DNA of 64,000 nt from Octopus sinensis (GCF_006345805.1 NW_021835999.1:306616-370615), one strand, 5' to 3'. Positions 25,519 to 40,258 are shown, counted from the stretch's first letter. Translations and numbers: made by a program. The notes: generated from the letters alone by a model not told the origin.

Positions 25519-26010
25519 TTAAAAAGAATACACGATTTTATTATAAAAGTTATAAAGGCTATCAAAAATACTAATCATTATAAAACATGTCAAATTAAAA
25601 GTCCCTCTGCAATTCTGCAAATAAGTGTTTTGGCGACACGGCCTTTTATACCATTTACAAGTCAATGTTGCAGCTGAGAACATCATTTTTGCAATCTGGA
25701 AATTAAATTTGCAGTCAAGAATGTCAAAAATCATTTCTTACTTGCAGAAATGAGTTTACTGACCGCAAATTAAATTTCGTACATGCAAAATAGAGTTGTA
25801 AATGGTATAGATCTGGAATAATTAAACGGGATGTTTCTGATTTATAGTTTTCTTCAAATAGTTGGCATATTTTTTGCTCAATTATCTCTATCTGTGGTTT
25901 TTCCACAAAATATACTAGAAATGTCCAATCACTTGTATCCCATTTATAAAGATAAACTTAGATTTGCCTGCCTGGGGACAGAAGAAATAATTGTTGCTAT
26001 TTTGAAATTA
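25519..26010 (-). CDS. Possible CLAMP/C1a-32 family (CFAP119/CABCOCO1/C8orf74-like) gene; boundaries uncertain
   Basis: KWDTSDWTFLVYFVEKPQIEIIEQKICQLF..SRLIIPDLYHLQLYFACTKF and DSLYNFYNKIVYSF weakly recall ILLDLY...FA and F.HYKLY.Y.F. Similarity is from memory only. Confidence 0.3.
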
Positions 26011-26112
26011 ATTGTCATTCTATGTTTACATTAGTTTTGTTCCATTGCTAGGGTCTTTTCTGATATTAGGGGTATTACAATTAAAAGTTAATCGTCATAG
26101 AAACGGGATTTA

Positions 26113-29100
26113 ATGGGTACGAATGAATTTCAGAAAGCATTTTACGATAAACTAACGCGGCTTGTTTTTCGTTTAATTTATCAAAGATATGAGACTATCG
26201 AACTCCTTAACCGATACAATATCGAGAGAAAGACAAGTTATAATCAAAATAGTACTTTTATTGACACATGCCCAAATGAAATTTACAAAATAGGTCCAAC
26301 TAACGATATGTAAATATATTTTAGTTATTTATTAGATTACATATTCTAGTTCCCGCAAACAAATTTGACAATATTCTGCTTGAAGAATTTCATCAAATAA
26401 TTAAAGATTTGACCGTCGGAATTTATTGTTTCAGTCAAGTCCCAAATCTTACTTTGGAAACCAATGCTGACATGAGCAGTGAATGCAATATATCGCCGGT
26501 TTACAAAAAAACCAGAGTTGCTGAAATTGTGACTGAAGTGGACTACATGGTCAAGGCCCTTTGGCATGGGTCTTTTTTCCCAAAAGAAAAAAGACTCAAG
26601 TTTTCAGACACGTGGAGAAAAAAACTAGATGTCGACGAAAATGGTCAAATACAGACCAAAAGAGACATATTTAGCGAATTTGAAGCTTGGGGTATTAAGT
26701 AGCGATCACTGACAATAGGAATGATTGATATTTCCAAAAATGATCAAGATTACAAAAAGTTCAGAATTTTAAACAAGCCGTTAGACGATCAGGAAAAAGA
26801 AATTTTTCTAAAATACAAGGAGTCCTATTTGATGAAGCTATTCTTCAGAGTGTCTCATGTTGAAAGATATAAAGTATGGGTAAATAGTGACCATTCAAAG
26901 AATATACTCATGTTTGAGTCTATTTGGGACATTGAAAGCATTATTTTTGCTGATACAGAATTTATGAGTGATGATGAAATCCACATTGTCACAACAAGTC
27001 TCCAACAACATCAGAACATTATTAAAGACGGTTTGATATCTCAGGTTTCTATCTTTTTGGAATCATAGCATCGCATCAATTATTATTTGTATTTAACCAA
27101 ATTTATTTCCTTTATGATTGACCTTCTAATAAGTCTTAAAAAGAATCTGAGAATACCTGTGCTTAATGCAATGAAATCAATACTCCCGGGTACTTGAATC
27201 CTCTTTTTTATTTTAGGAAGTATTCAAGATGAAACAGAAATTTTACCGTTGATATCTCGAAAAGAATTTTGTGATTTTCCTACGAATAAAGTTAAGACAG
27301 TACATCTTCATGGCGGTTCTTTCCATTAACTAATCAAATTAGGAATTAGTTTTGAAGTAGATTCTCCAGAATGTGTTCTTGATTCCTCAATTCTTTCCTC
27401 ACTGGAAATTGACTCCAGTAACCAAAAAACCATCCAAATTGTTTATGTACAAAACAAACCGTACAATTTGTTGTTAACAAAGATATTATGTTGTCTCGTT
27501 TCCTACTGAACCGTTTAAATACCAACTCTCTAAAAGTCCAAAATGGTTTGAAGATTTCATGAACATCACACAAAAAATGAATTGGACTAATCTTAAACAC
27601 TCTGACTCACAAATCCAAGACTACTTTAAGAAGCATTATGGATCAAAGGGAGCCAGCATTCGAAAGGTGGTGAAATACATTTTTTAATGGTTTTAGAATC
27701 CGCAGGAAGGTCTTCGTTCTGCATGTTATCGAGGATCTACTTCTATTTTTAATGCATTGATTGGGGACGTTTCAATGTCATTTATAAACACAAAAGACAA
27801 ATATGGATACTCCCTCATTCACTATGCTGTCCTCAATGATCAGTCAAACATATATCTTGGCATCGCAAACTTTGGAGGAGAGATCAATAATTCGTGTGGC
27901 TTTAATGCCAGCAGTTAAATAGTTCTTAAAATTTATTTTAGGACATTTTTTAACGGTTCATTTAGCGGCAAGAGTGGGAGCTTTATCTATATTTCAAATT
28001 ATGATTTCTTCATCACCAAAATTGCTAGACTACGCGGACAGCAATGGATGGTTACCAATTCATTATGCTTCTGCATTCAATCACCCATCGATTATTCGCG
28101 TGATCAAAAAAAGAAGCAATATGCAACTAAATTGCTCAAAAAATATGTAAATTTAATTTTATGCAAGCTCGTTAGTTTGTTTCAATCTCCTATCCATGTT
28201 GCAGCAAAATACGGAGCACTAGACTCGATCAAATATCTATTGGATAGCGGAGTTGATTTCTTGACATGCGATTCAAACCAGGCTACGATAACCAGACTGG
28301 CAGCATTATCTCTTCATCCATCAGTCCTTAAATACCTAATTGAAAAGAACTTGAAAGGAATAAGTGTATGGGAGGAATTGGGAGGTATCTGTTTGTTGTG
28401 AAAATTATTTTTAGAAATGATACTTGAAAGTAATTCTCGAAAAAAAACTTTAAAGTGTCTGGAAATATTATGCGACAAAATAAAAAATGCAGGAGAATCA
28501 ATATATAATTCAAGTTGTCTTTGAATACACTTAATTAGAATGTCTAATAAATTTGAGAATATTACTTGAAATGGACGAAGGTAGAGATGACGAAGAAGAT
28601 TGTCTTATCTCTTCAATTGTGAATAAAATTTCCAACAAAATCGAAATATGCAAAGAACTAACTCATACAACCTTCATGAATTATTTTGTCTTGCTTTTAT
28701 ATTTTGACAACGATAAAATTATATTGACTGTCACCGAGACTCTTGCAAATGTATTACAAAAAGTAAAAAAAAAGTCAACCGGTTAAAATTTTTATTTTTA
28801 TCATAAAAAGACTTGGAAAATTTTGTACTCCCTTTGCTCGGTCTTTTAATGAGAAAAAATGAGGATTTGTTAATGCAAACAATAATATCAATCGGATTTC
28901 TATCCGAGAATAATCACGACATTCAAATGAGATTCATCGAAGGAGGGATAACTCATAGATATCTTAAATTTCTTGAAGAGGGATCTAGTTATTTTTAAGT
29001 CTTTTTTAACTTCAGATGAATTAAGGATTGCAGTCTGTGACTCAACTTGTCTTCTATGCAACGGAAATGATACAGCTCAAAATGAATTTGTCACAAGAAA

Positions 29101-30722
29101 TTTTATTTTGTAAATTTAAATTCTCTTTCTTGTAGAATTCTCAAAAAAATGATTAACGTCAATTGCGTCAACTTAAAGACTGCCACTTCTCGTGCAATTA
29201 GAAATACTGCAATAAAAAATCCAAGAATTCAAAAGTTATATATTGAGTATGGCTTCCATGAAGATGTCACAAATCTATTTCAAGTGATTAAATTTTAAAA
29301 TACAAAGTTTTTGAATTTATCGGTTAAACAAGAAGCAGCCACTTGCCTAGAGGCACTGAGAGGAAATGTGGTTTTACAGAAAAAAAAGGTGGCAGAAGCG
29401 TTGGGTGTTTCAAGAATTACTGAACTTCTACTGAGTGTAGAAAGGCTTAAAATATTCGGTTTGTAAATAATTTATTAATTTAAGCATGTAAAAACATAAT
29501 TGCTTTAACAACTGAGTGTTTTTACTGGCAGAAAAAAATTTGTGATTCAGAAATTTTAAACGTGTTAGTAATGATGATGAACTCTAATTCGTCACTTTGC
29601 ATCAAAAAAATCATCATCAAAACACTTGGAATTCTTTGTTTAGGTTTTTCATGTGTTAAAGATAGTCCAGGTTTAGCACACAGGTCGCTCAGATCAGTAC
29701 AAAATAAAATATCAACAGACGTTAATGTTCAGTTTTTACTCAGTTGCTTTTATCAATCGGAAAATTCTGATCTCAAAGTATTCTTTATTGTGGTCAGAGT
29801 CTGTTTTAGCTAAAGGCAGCAAACACACTTAGTTGTTTAAGTCTCAAAAATAGTAATTCAATTAGAATACTTTCGTTGGAAAAAAAGAAACTTATGTATA
29901 AAGAACTAATGCGTATATTCGACGAAGAGAGCACTGTAAGCTATCTGTGAATCTTCTTACTCTAAAGCAGCTTGTAAAACTACAAATAGGGAGCACACTT
30001 GTTAACTTTTGCTTCAATTCATATGAAGAAAAATATAACCTGTATTGTTGTGGAACATTGAAGAACGAAACATTTTATCAGCTTATGAATGATTCATCTC
30101 CTGAAATACAATCCGAAGCTGCTTTTCAGGCATTTATTCTTATTATAAGTTAAAAGGGCATAATTCTTTCCCGTCTTATGTCTGACGATGACAGAGTACG
30201 GTTCATTGCGAAATGTATCTCAGTTTTAATGGAAAACTTGTCTTCAAAAAACTCTAATCATGTTATTGTGGCAGGTATTTTTATATTTCTCACTATTTTA
30301 TTCAGCAAGAAGAATTTCTAGTTTGCTGAATTCCGATTGCGGAATCGGATCTGCATTTGTTACTGCTGGTTTGGTCGAAACGTCTGTAAAACTACTAAAA
30401 AATACAAACCATGATGTTGCAGAAGCTCTTGCGACACTGATTGGATATTTGACATTCAATACTACAGCCTTCAGAATGCTGTTAACTGCTGTACGGTGCA
30501 TTCCAAAAATATATTTTGATTTGATTCAAAATATTAATAAGGACGCCAAAATAAATTCTACTTTTGTTGAAACATTTCAAGATAATTTAATTTCTGGTCT
30601 ACCCATATATAGGTTTAAATTATTTTATATTTCAAAGGAGACCAAAAAGTAGCATATACCCCAACAACAGGAAAATAGGTGACATGTACTCACTATGTCG
30701 ATTTAGAATGGAGACGAGTTAG
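26113..30722 (+). CDS. ANKAR: Ankyrin and armadillo repeat-containing protein, multi-exon; end approximate
   Basis: ANKAR-specific segments: IKDLTVGIYCFSQVPNLTLETN..EVDYMVKALWHGSFFPKEKRLKFSDTW..DIFSEF and VHLHGG. Ankyrin repeats (GYSLIHYA, SPIHVAAKYGALDSIKYLL). ARM repeats. C-terminal LIGYLTFNTTAFRMLL..INSTFVETF..GLP. Confidence 0.88.
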
Positions 30723-32570
30723 AACTGCAGTCGAAAATCAGCAAAGGCGAATTCGTTTTGGTCGATAACTAATAAAAGTTGTTTTAACAATAAGAAAAAA
30801 TTTCTTTTTAAATAAATCCCTATTATTAGTTAACAAAAAAAAGATTACACTAAGTCTGGTAGTAATAAATAGATTTAATGCATTATAATGCAATAAATTG
30901 TTGTTATTAATATTTTAATTCCCTTAAAACTGACACTCTCATCTCTCAAAAATATAAAGCGACTCTTTTATGTCTATTCAGGTTAAAATTCGCTGTAGGT
31001 TTTTTCAGTCAAAACCAAGAATTAAACTTTAATCTGTTTTAGATTTTTTACAACTATATTTTAATAGATAAATAGTTAAAATACATTGAGTAAGGCGAAA
31101 TATGTTAATCAGGAAACAAAATAAATTATCGACCCAAATTTAAAAAATTTATTAAAAAAAGTCTTCCCTGAAAATAATTGCAATGCGTTTGAAAATTTCC
31201 AACAATTAATTAAAAAAAACTGATATCCATCAATTTTTGTTAAAACAAAGTAAATTACCCGCATAAAACTTTAGAAAACTCTCTAAAAAGTGAATGAAAT
31301 ATATAATTTATTAATTACAAAATTTTAAAGAAAATATACTAAAAATAATTCATAAAAGAATGTGAAAGGTAAAAAAAATTTCCACTTTAGGATTTTTAAA
31401 TATACACAGAATATGATGGTAGAGAATTTAAAAATTGATTTTCGCTTGCACGATTATTTATTATTGATAAAAATTACTTAATTGACAATCGAATCAAAGC
31501 TAAATCTGAGTGGATTATTTTTTTGTTTTTGTGTTTTTGAAACTATTTTGAGAATTAATTTGTTTTTATCCTTCCAAAGTTCGAAAAACAGTGTTTTAAA
31601 ACATGATATTTACAATTTTCTCTCGAATTCTTAAAACATAGTTTCTTGTTAAGGTATTGATTACTAAATCTAATTTCTCTGTGTAACTATCAATTGCATT
31701 TTTTTACTTCCCCGTAACATTTCTTAATTAAAAACGGCATTTTCGTACAAAATTAGCATAAATAGAAAAAATTTCCCAACGTGTTATCTTGTTTCTTAAA
31801 GTAAGTTAAATAATTTTATGCTGCTATAAATAATATTTTTGCGATTTTTGAATAATCTAATATTTGTGGAATTGTATTAAAATTTATTGAAAAAATCTAT
31901 AAAATTAGTATGAATTGTCAATTACATAATCAAAATTAAGCTATTGTTCAAAAAATGTAGTAATCGTTGACTATTTAAAATGAAAAATGTAATTATAAAT
32001 TGTACATTTGCATTTATTCTAATTTGAATAACGAGCTAAACGATTTTTATTTAAGCTTCCTAGATATTTTAAACACTACGCGTAAATGGAATCGTCAAAA
32101 GAAGATAATTTCATGTAAGCTCTTTTAATTTTCTATCAGCGATACTAAGCTGCTTTCATATTGACCCTATTCACAGCATATTGATTAGATGACTATATTT
32201 TATAAGTTTTAACAATTGAGTTAAGTCAATTATATTTATGTATCAAGCTGAGTTGCACAATTAGAAAAACTGTATGTATAGTTTTGTACATTTCCTATGG
32301 ATCATAAATAAAATCTTGAATTAATTATTACCTGAATGGGTCCTTAAGTGGATCGCTTAAAATGCTTAGATGTTAGCCGCCAAGCGATATACTGCCTATG
32401 CTATCAAATTTTATTGCATTCTTTTTAATTAAGAGACTGTAATTGTCGATAAGAGGCAATTTTGTATGTCAAAGGGATGCCTAATTATTACATTTTAACC
32501 CTTGCGATATACTGCGTTATAAAATTGTTTAAAAATTCTTGCGCCGCTTTTTTTCTAATTATCATTTATA

Positions 32571-34049
32571 ATGAAGAATTTTAGTAAAGTTCCCTTTCAA
32601 ATGTAGCGATCAAAGTTTTATTTAATTCTTTAGAACTGAAGAAAATGTGCAGTGTAATGAGGACTCTCCCAATGTCGAATATCAGGCAACTTTAGGTTTG
32701 TTTGAAGTTATAATTCGTCCAATTAGCTGAAGAATTTGGGAAGGAAAATGCTTCTGCAAAAGTCAAAAAAGGAAAAATGTTCAAATGTCGACACTGTTCC
32801 TTTACTACGAGCAATGCTGTTGCTTTCAGTCTTTTTTATGTTTAGGCCGACTTTTACAGTCACAAAGAGGGGAATCACTTTAACGGGAGCCAAGTCTATC
32901 GCTGTGAACATTGTTGTTTTGTTACGAGAATCAAACATCATATGGACTATCATAAAATGTCAAAACACAGCGGAGGAGAAAAGCCTTTTTCATGTCATAT
33001 TTGCGACTACAAATGCATCAATCGCTCAATGTTAAATAGTCATATGAGGAGTCACCAACCGCCGTGTCCCGAGTGCAATATTTCCAAGTAAATTCATTAA
33101 TTTACAAATTTTAGATGCAAGTGTTCTTCAAAGTCAAAAGGAAATAAAAGAAAAATGCAAAATGATTTGGAATATTCCACCAAAGTACATTATTATCATA
33201 AATTCGTCATTAGAAAATTGATCAGACTTTTCCAATGAATTCTCCAATGCTAACCTATCAGATTCAACAAAACATACTGTTAGTTTTTTATTATATCTAT
33301 TTCCTGTTGACCTATAAAACAATTATAAATCCCAATAATAGTTATTGTGAACATCCTGTCATTAAACTAATTAATTTTAATCTTTTTAGACAGTCTATGC
33401 TAAGTCAGTATATGGTTGTGATCGAAGTTAACTATAGTTTAGAATCACTGTGGTTCTTTCTACAATTTGTCCAACCACAACACTTCTTATATTCCCAGGT
33501 TTGCCTATTTCTCTCAACTATTAGTCAAATTAACTCAATTTTTCGAGAACCTGTTTTTGCTACTATAAGGGAATCAGAAATCAAAGAAAATGACAAGAAG
33601 GATCTTTTTGTAGAGAATATGTCACACGGAGGAAAAGATACGACCAAATTAGAAACGGAAACTAACATCCAATCCTCATCTGAAAAACTAGAGGACGTTT
33701 CTCAATTTGGAGGTTCATTATGTTAATATCTAATTTGTAGATGACACTCGAGATAAAAGTCGCGTTTTACACGATAGTGATGAGCACAAGCAGGCAGTTG
33801 AGGATGGATTATTTTTATGTGATGAAAAAAAAGTATTTTTTAAACTAATTGAAGGCTCCTGTGGATGCAAAGCAGAAAATGATGGAGTGCTACCCGTGTG
33901 GAATCATTTTCCGCCATCCAGAAATGTATTATTCTCATGTAGAGAGCCACGCAAATGTGACTTTCGAATGTTCTTTGTGTGGACAACGCATACTTTCTGG
34001 GCGGAATTTCAACAAACACCTTCGAGAAGATCATAGGGGATTCAATTAA
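32571..34049 (+). CDS. hb: Hunchback-type C2H2 zinc-finger transcription factor, multi-exon
   Basis: FKCRHCSFTTSNA|ADFYSHKEGNH, YRCEHCCFVTRIKHHMDYH..KH, EKPFSCHICDYKCINRSMLNSHMRSH (Hb signature FVT..KHH..YH and C.N.SMLNSH). C-terminal finger pair ECYPCGIIF..MYYSHVESH..FECSLCG..FNKHLREDH. Confidence 0.82.
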
Positions 34050-35699
34050 TATATATTCAGCTATTTTATAACTTAAACTAATTTCATTCTATTGTTTCCC
34101 AAAAATTTAAGTTTTAAATAATCATATTTTATTGTTATTTCTTATAATTCAGAGTTTATTGTTTTAACGTGCATGTCTATCGAAAACAGGGTCACTGCGG
34201 CCTCATGAAAATCTTACCCAACACCCTGGAGGCAATTCTCATCAAAACGTAACAAAAAATGGTGAGTCCCTTTTTCCTGCAAGTCCCCTATACGAACTCT
34301 TGTTAAACTACCTCAAAAATCATCTCCGTTTCGAACTATCGAAATGGCCTTTCTAAAGAGCCTTCCAAGACTCTCGTGCACGTCGGACAAAACCTCCATT
34401 GCTATGGTCTGGGATCACTTAGTTAGCTAGGACTTTTCTCTTTTCTTAAAACCCGGTGATCCTGGGGTAACAATAAATAAATGTGCATGTCTGTTTCTAG
34501 TGGGCTTAACTGAATGTTTCCAATGGAACTATCTACAAAAGATAACGAACAGCTCGGAGCGCAAAATCTGTTACTCATTCTCCCAGCCTGGTGTCATTGC
34601 CCTGCTAATCCGTCATTGTTATGGGCTATCATCGATCAAGTAACGCACAAAGTTGGCGAATGAAGTAGTTAATGTCTCTCGAGAAAGATCCAAAGGATAT
34701 CACGTGGTTGTTGTCTCTTGATTTATGAATGCAAATTATATCTCAAAGGAAATTTCAGGCAAGTCTAAAGAGGCGCTTGCACAATTACAATAATTTAATT
34801 ATGAAAAATATTTAATAATGATTTATTAGTGCCTGTCATTTGACAGTTCTAGTTGATCACCCTCATTGGCAAACAAATATTCTTTTAATTGAAAGTAATT
34901 TGGATATGAGTTTCGGACTGAGATCTCTCCAGTCTCACACTTGTGTCACAAAGTTCGCATTTATGGGGACCAAAGGGATTAGCGTGGCGCTATGTGGTTC
35001 ACCAACTCGCTTGAATCTCGCAATTCAGACGTATTTGGAAACGCTCAGGGGGCACCAATCTTGTGTGGACTTGTGAAAAGATCACCGAGCGAGGATGAGG
35101 TTGAGTGTATCGGGATCAAGTGACGTTTGTTCGGTTTTTACTGTGGTCTTGGTGATTTAATAAATAAAATGAAAATCTTTCAAAGTTTGAAAAAAGAATT
35201 AGACATATAAATCCTCAAACATACATAATGAAAAGAATTTGATTTAACAAAAGCAAGTCGCTCTCTAAACTTGAACATCTTAATAGAATTCAATCAGTTC
35301 AGCGAAGGCCTCACTTTGTGTACGCTCAGTACAGCAAATAATTCATACTAGTTCAGGTCTTGATGGACTTTCACTGATCAGCGAATCAACCTTCTGGAAA
35401 CTTGTCGGGATGCAACCCTTTGCTTTTTCTACCGGAGTGAGCATTTTGCTGCTGGATTGTTAACGACTACCAACCTCTTACAATTAAGCAAGTTCGGGGT
35501 TACCTAACTACTTTATTGATCTTAGCAGTTCTTAATTGGTCTTAACGATTTACATCGCGCTAACCTTTGACGTTGTGCCATCGAGATATTAAATTAGTTA
35601 TGGTACGTGTCGCTTAGTTTATCTTATTTAAAAACGAATGTCATCAGGTGACTTGTATGAAAGTATTTTGTTCGACAGAATAAACTGATTAGAGGTTAA

Positions 35700-38600
35700 A
35701 GAAACTGACCACAACTATGCATGCTTACTCCACCGCCCACACACTTCTCTTGAGAAATACCCTTCTCTCCCAAGCACATATTTTTTGTACCAAGAATTGG
35801 AATTGAGACAGTCACAAGTTTATCACTCGAGCAAAAGCCTTGATGAAAAATATCAAAAAGCATTCTACAATTTTCTTCTTGAAAGTATTGACACTTTTCA
35901 ACAACAACGTTCAATGTCCGAATCCGATCTCCATTCTCATAAGGATGAATCTTCCGGGGAATCAATGGTTCTAAATATGTCTAATTAGTCCCTATAATTA
36001 GATAAAGATCAATGAACAACACTCACACTCAGATATCGAACAACATGACCAAAATAGTTTTTAATTATTGTTACTGGCCTTAGGTATTGAAGAAAATATC
36101 ACTGATTATCCGATTGACCTGATTGTATATAAAAATATAATATAAACTATTTATAGAAACAAACTAAAACATCAGTAGAGCAGGAAAGACTCTCGAATAA
36201 GTGGAAATCGGCATTTTTTGTTTTAACATTGTTTAGACAGTTTTTACATATTGTAAGACGATAGAAGCAGTGTTCTTTTCGTTGATATCTCCGCGAATAC
36301 ATGTGATGATGAAAAAAAGATACTTTATTCCCAGCCGATGTCACCAATGCCAAAACCTGATCTGGGCTCAACTGGAAAAACTATTAAAGTGTTCTACATG
36401 TCGAATCAAATGCCACAAAAAATGTAGAGATTTGCTCAATTACGACTGCAAAATACGTTCTTCATAACAAACAAAGTTTGTAGAAATTTCCCATATGAAA
36501 AAGAACAGAAAATGCAAGACAAATAAAAACGAGTTCAAAATAGAAGATTTGATAGAATATAAAATAAAAAACGATTTTTTAAAGTTCGAGTTTATTCGGT
36601 TAAAAATTAAATGTCATTTTCTAAAGGAAAATATTTACAATCGACCCTCAAATTCATTCTGACATGATTGTTGAACTAACGAATAAACTGGCTAACGAAA
36701 GTCTCAAATGGAACATGCAGATCGTGGTCAAAAGTAACTGAAACATATATCGTCTCAGTTATATCTGCAAAAAACCTTGCTTCAAAGGACAACGACTGCA
36801 ACTGCGATCCCTACGCTACCATTCAGGTCGGAAACAACAAACAAATGACAAAAACTGTCACGAAAACGTCGAATCCTGTTTGGAACGAAGGCTTTCAATT
36901 GTTTTGTTGTTAATTCAGTTTTTAGCGAATGCGACCATCTATCAAAAAATATCAAGATCAGAGTCTGGTTCGAATTAAATATGTTTATCTCTCGAGGGAC
37001 GAATCCAAACACATGCGTTCAAAAATTAAGCACATTTTTAACGGAGCAAAAGACGGGTTTTTGGGCCAGGTAGTTATCGACATAAACAATTTGTGTGGGG
37101 AAACTATAAAATTATATAATCTCGGTTATATTATTTCAATTCAAATCTCAATACAGATAATAAATCAGACAAGTCGTTGGTTTCCGGGAGTATAAAAATT
37201 GCTGTGAAAGTGGTATCCAATGAAAAAGAAAACATAGACCCTTACACCACTCAGTATTATTTTCTTCATCAAGTAATACACCACAAATCAGTTTAGGCAA
37301 TTTTTGACTACCTTTATCGACACAGTAATTTATCAGACGAACTCGTATGATTCAAATAAATTGATTAGCAGGAAACTTACGAGTTTTTCAGTGGATACCC
37401 TCAAGATATTATCGATGATTTTGTAATGTGCTACAGAATAGACAGAATTTATCAATGGATGACGTACTTTAGTGACTATGACCGTTTAGTCATTTTGTAT
37501 GTCTGTGGGACCGCTATGACTTTCTTTCAATCGTCAAAATTTTAAATATTTTATTAGCAAAAATAAACTCCTACTATGCACACAGTATCATTGTGGATCG
37601 GATAAAATGCATCATCGAATTCGATAAATGCGATTTAACGGTTTTTATAGCATTTCATTATTCCTTTATCAGCTTCATAGATTCGTTAAAATAATAAAGA
37701 AATTAGACAAAGAGATTAATGGATATATCACGAAATATAAAGTAGTCGTCGTTCTTAACATTTAGATAATTTTTCCTTCAAACAACCAGAAATGTCTGGA
37801 AAACTTGGAGGTTACTCTTGATTTATTTTCCTGCACCATATTTTACCGATTGAAGGTGATAACTGTCATTTATTCCAGTACTTAAACGAGGACGGGATTA
37901 CCCTAACAGGGTACATTGAAGAATCTATCGAATCATCGAGCACTTACAATTATCAGTACATTGTTGAACATTGCAACGAATTGTATCGTGATGCATATAA
38001 GCAAATAACTGAGCCTGATCAAACGAGCGATTCCCCGAACTTTTGGCAAAAAGTTCTTGTCCTTCTCGGACTAGATTATGATGAGGACCAGGCAGTTTAT
38101 GACAAAATATTTGAACGGTTAAATTCTGTTGTTTACCAGACCAAACAGAATCTTTTTCGACTTTCGATTGTCGAAAATGACTTCGATTACAATTTGGAAT
38201 TGCTTGACATCGGACATTAAATCTTTTCTTATTAGTAAAAAGATTTCCGAATTAGTTTAGATGAAAACTCGTGTGAAAATAAGACAAGTGGATTACTCCG
38301 AGAATTTATCAACCTTTTTTTCAAAATGAAATGGTTCAATGAAAAAATCATGAACGAAGAAGAGGCGATTTTAATCGACACTTCTTCTTATTTTACGTAC
38401 AAAAATTAATGGAAGGTAGGTGGTTTGAGCCTTATATCACATCCTGGCTTGAGGAAAACGAGATGACCATCCACAATTCATGCAAGGCTGCCTATTTTAA
38501 AGACAGGCAAAACTATGTAAATTAAAAATGTGATTTTTAGTTTGAGAAATGTGCAGATGACAAATTATATTCTACTTCTGTTGTAGACACGTTCACGCTA

Positions 38601-40258
38601 TTGAACCAGAGCTATGAAATAATTGAAAAAATCAAAAATCGATGCGGGCAAGTTAACAATAAGTACATCAGGAGATTTGCTCAAGTATTGCACTATTTTT
38701 ATAGTAGACAATTTCGATGACGTTGCTCTCGTATTCGAATATGATCAAAACGGATTTCGAAACGATGCTGGCAGAAATAAAAATGGTATTTTTATTTGTC
38801 TAGGTCTTAGGCATACCTCTTACTAAACAACATCCACCAACTGAGAATCGAATTAAGTAATCTTTACATCAAGATTTGTGAAAAAGATGTAATCAATAAT
38901 AATTATAAAAGTCTTCGGAAGAGACTACTTTGATATTGACCCAGCTCCAAATAAAGATCAAAAACATTCTCGATGACCTGATCCAACTCAGCTTCAAAAC
39001 GTATTCTTTCAGTGTGTATTGCAGAGTTAGGAAACAAATGATTTGTGAGGTACAACAAATGTCGAAAACCATCAATTTAATCGACAAAACTGAGCTTACT
39101 GTGTCAAATAACAAAAAAGAATTTGCAAATAACAATGTTGATCGAATAATAAATCCCCTAATCATATTCTTGGATATACAGTTTGTCAGACAACTTGCAT
39201 TTCTAGCCTGACTGAAGTTTCGGACACGTGCACAAACTCAAATTTCCACAAAATACTCAAAGTCTATTGGAAGAACCTCATGAATTTTTATGAAGAATAC
39301 GTTATTTTTCCGCCACTCCCTTCCGTTCGACAAACAATGCAGACAGCAAAGTTGACTGGGATTCTGTCAAATATGGGCAAGTCTCTCCAGGCGTCAAAAT
39401 CTAGCTCCGTTATACTAGTAAATGATTATTTCAGGACGAAAATCAACACTTAATTTACAAATTTCATCTTTTGGAAGTGATTCTTAACCATTTGTCAAAG
39501 TATTTCAATGCCGGGGACAAGGGTTTGAAAGAGTCGTTTATCAATAATTGTCCGATGTTTAATCGAATTAAGAGTGTACTCAAATTATCCACTTTGCCGA
39601 CAAACGAAATTATCAGACGTTTTATAGAACTTCCAAGAGAGAAAAGTATTATACTAAAAGACTTTATTTTCAAGACCAAAAAACAATGGATATTCAAGGG
39701 TTTGTCTCTCTCTATATTGAACTCACCATGGACCCGGCTACGAAGCATAGAATAGCGATTATGAAAGGCAAAAAGAGTGAATTTATTTTACAGTCAATTC
39801 CCTAACAAATTTCATTTACCAGGACAAAAGCAATTTTAAACTACTGTTGGAATTTCATATAATTGGAGGGGAGAATATGACAAACAAAAAATGGAAATAC
39901 GTAATAAAAACAAAAAAAGGAACATCCATTCCTCCCCACGAGACATTTAAATTGTTCATTTCAGTTAATTTAATTTAGCTCATTTGACAACGACGAAACG
40001 TTTTCTCAAATTCAAATAATGGTTGTATGTCGGGAGTATCAACTTTCTAAAGAAAGTCCAGTAATTGGATTGGCGGTCATTAACCTATTGAGTCTTGAGT
40101 TAACAGGATCCTCGTTCATTAAGGTGCCATTGAACCGAGTAATTGAACTGGAAAGTCCACAGTGGGACATTGTCCGAATTTTGGCTCAAAGACCAGATGA
40201 CGAGAATGCTAGAGAGTTTGTCCGTTTGAAAAATATAAACAGAGATAAAATAAAATAA
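35700..40258 (+). CDS. unc-13: UNC-13/Munc13 (C1-C2B-MUN-C2C), multi-exon; start approximate
   Basis: C1: H..CHQCQNLIW..KCSTCRIKCHKKCRDLLNYDC. C2B: VICAKNLASKD..CDPYATIQVG..NPVWNE..IRVW|DES..GFLGQ. End: VIGLAVINL..VPL..IVRILAQRPDDENAREFVRLK. Confidence 0.88.

Noticed and set aside
32384-32515. TTAA|CCCTTG piggyBac-like end and a 12-bp direct repeat GCGATATACTGC upstream of hb
   Set aside because: No partner terminus found, and too short to call an element or regulatory site.
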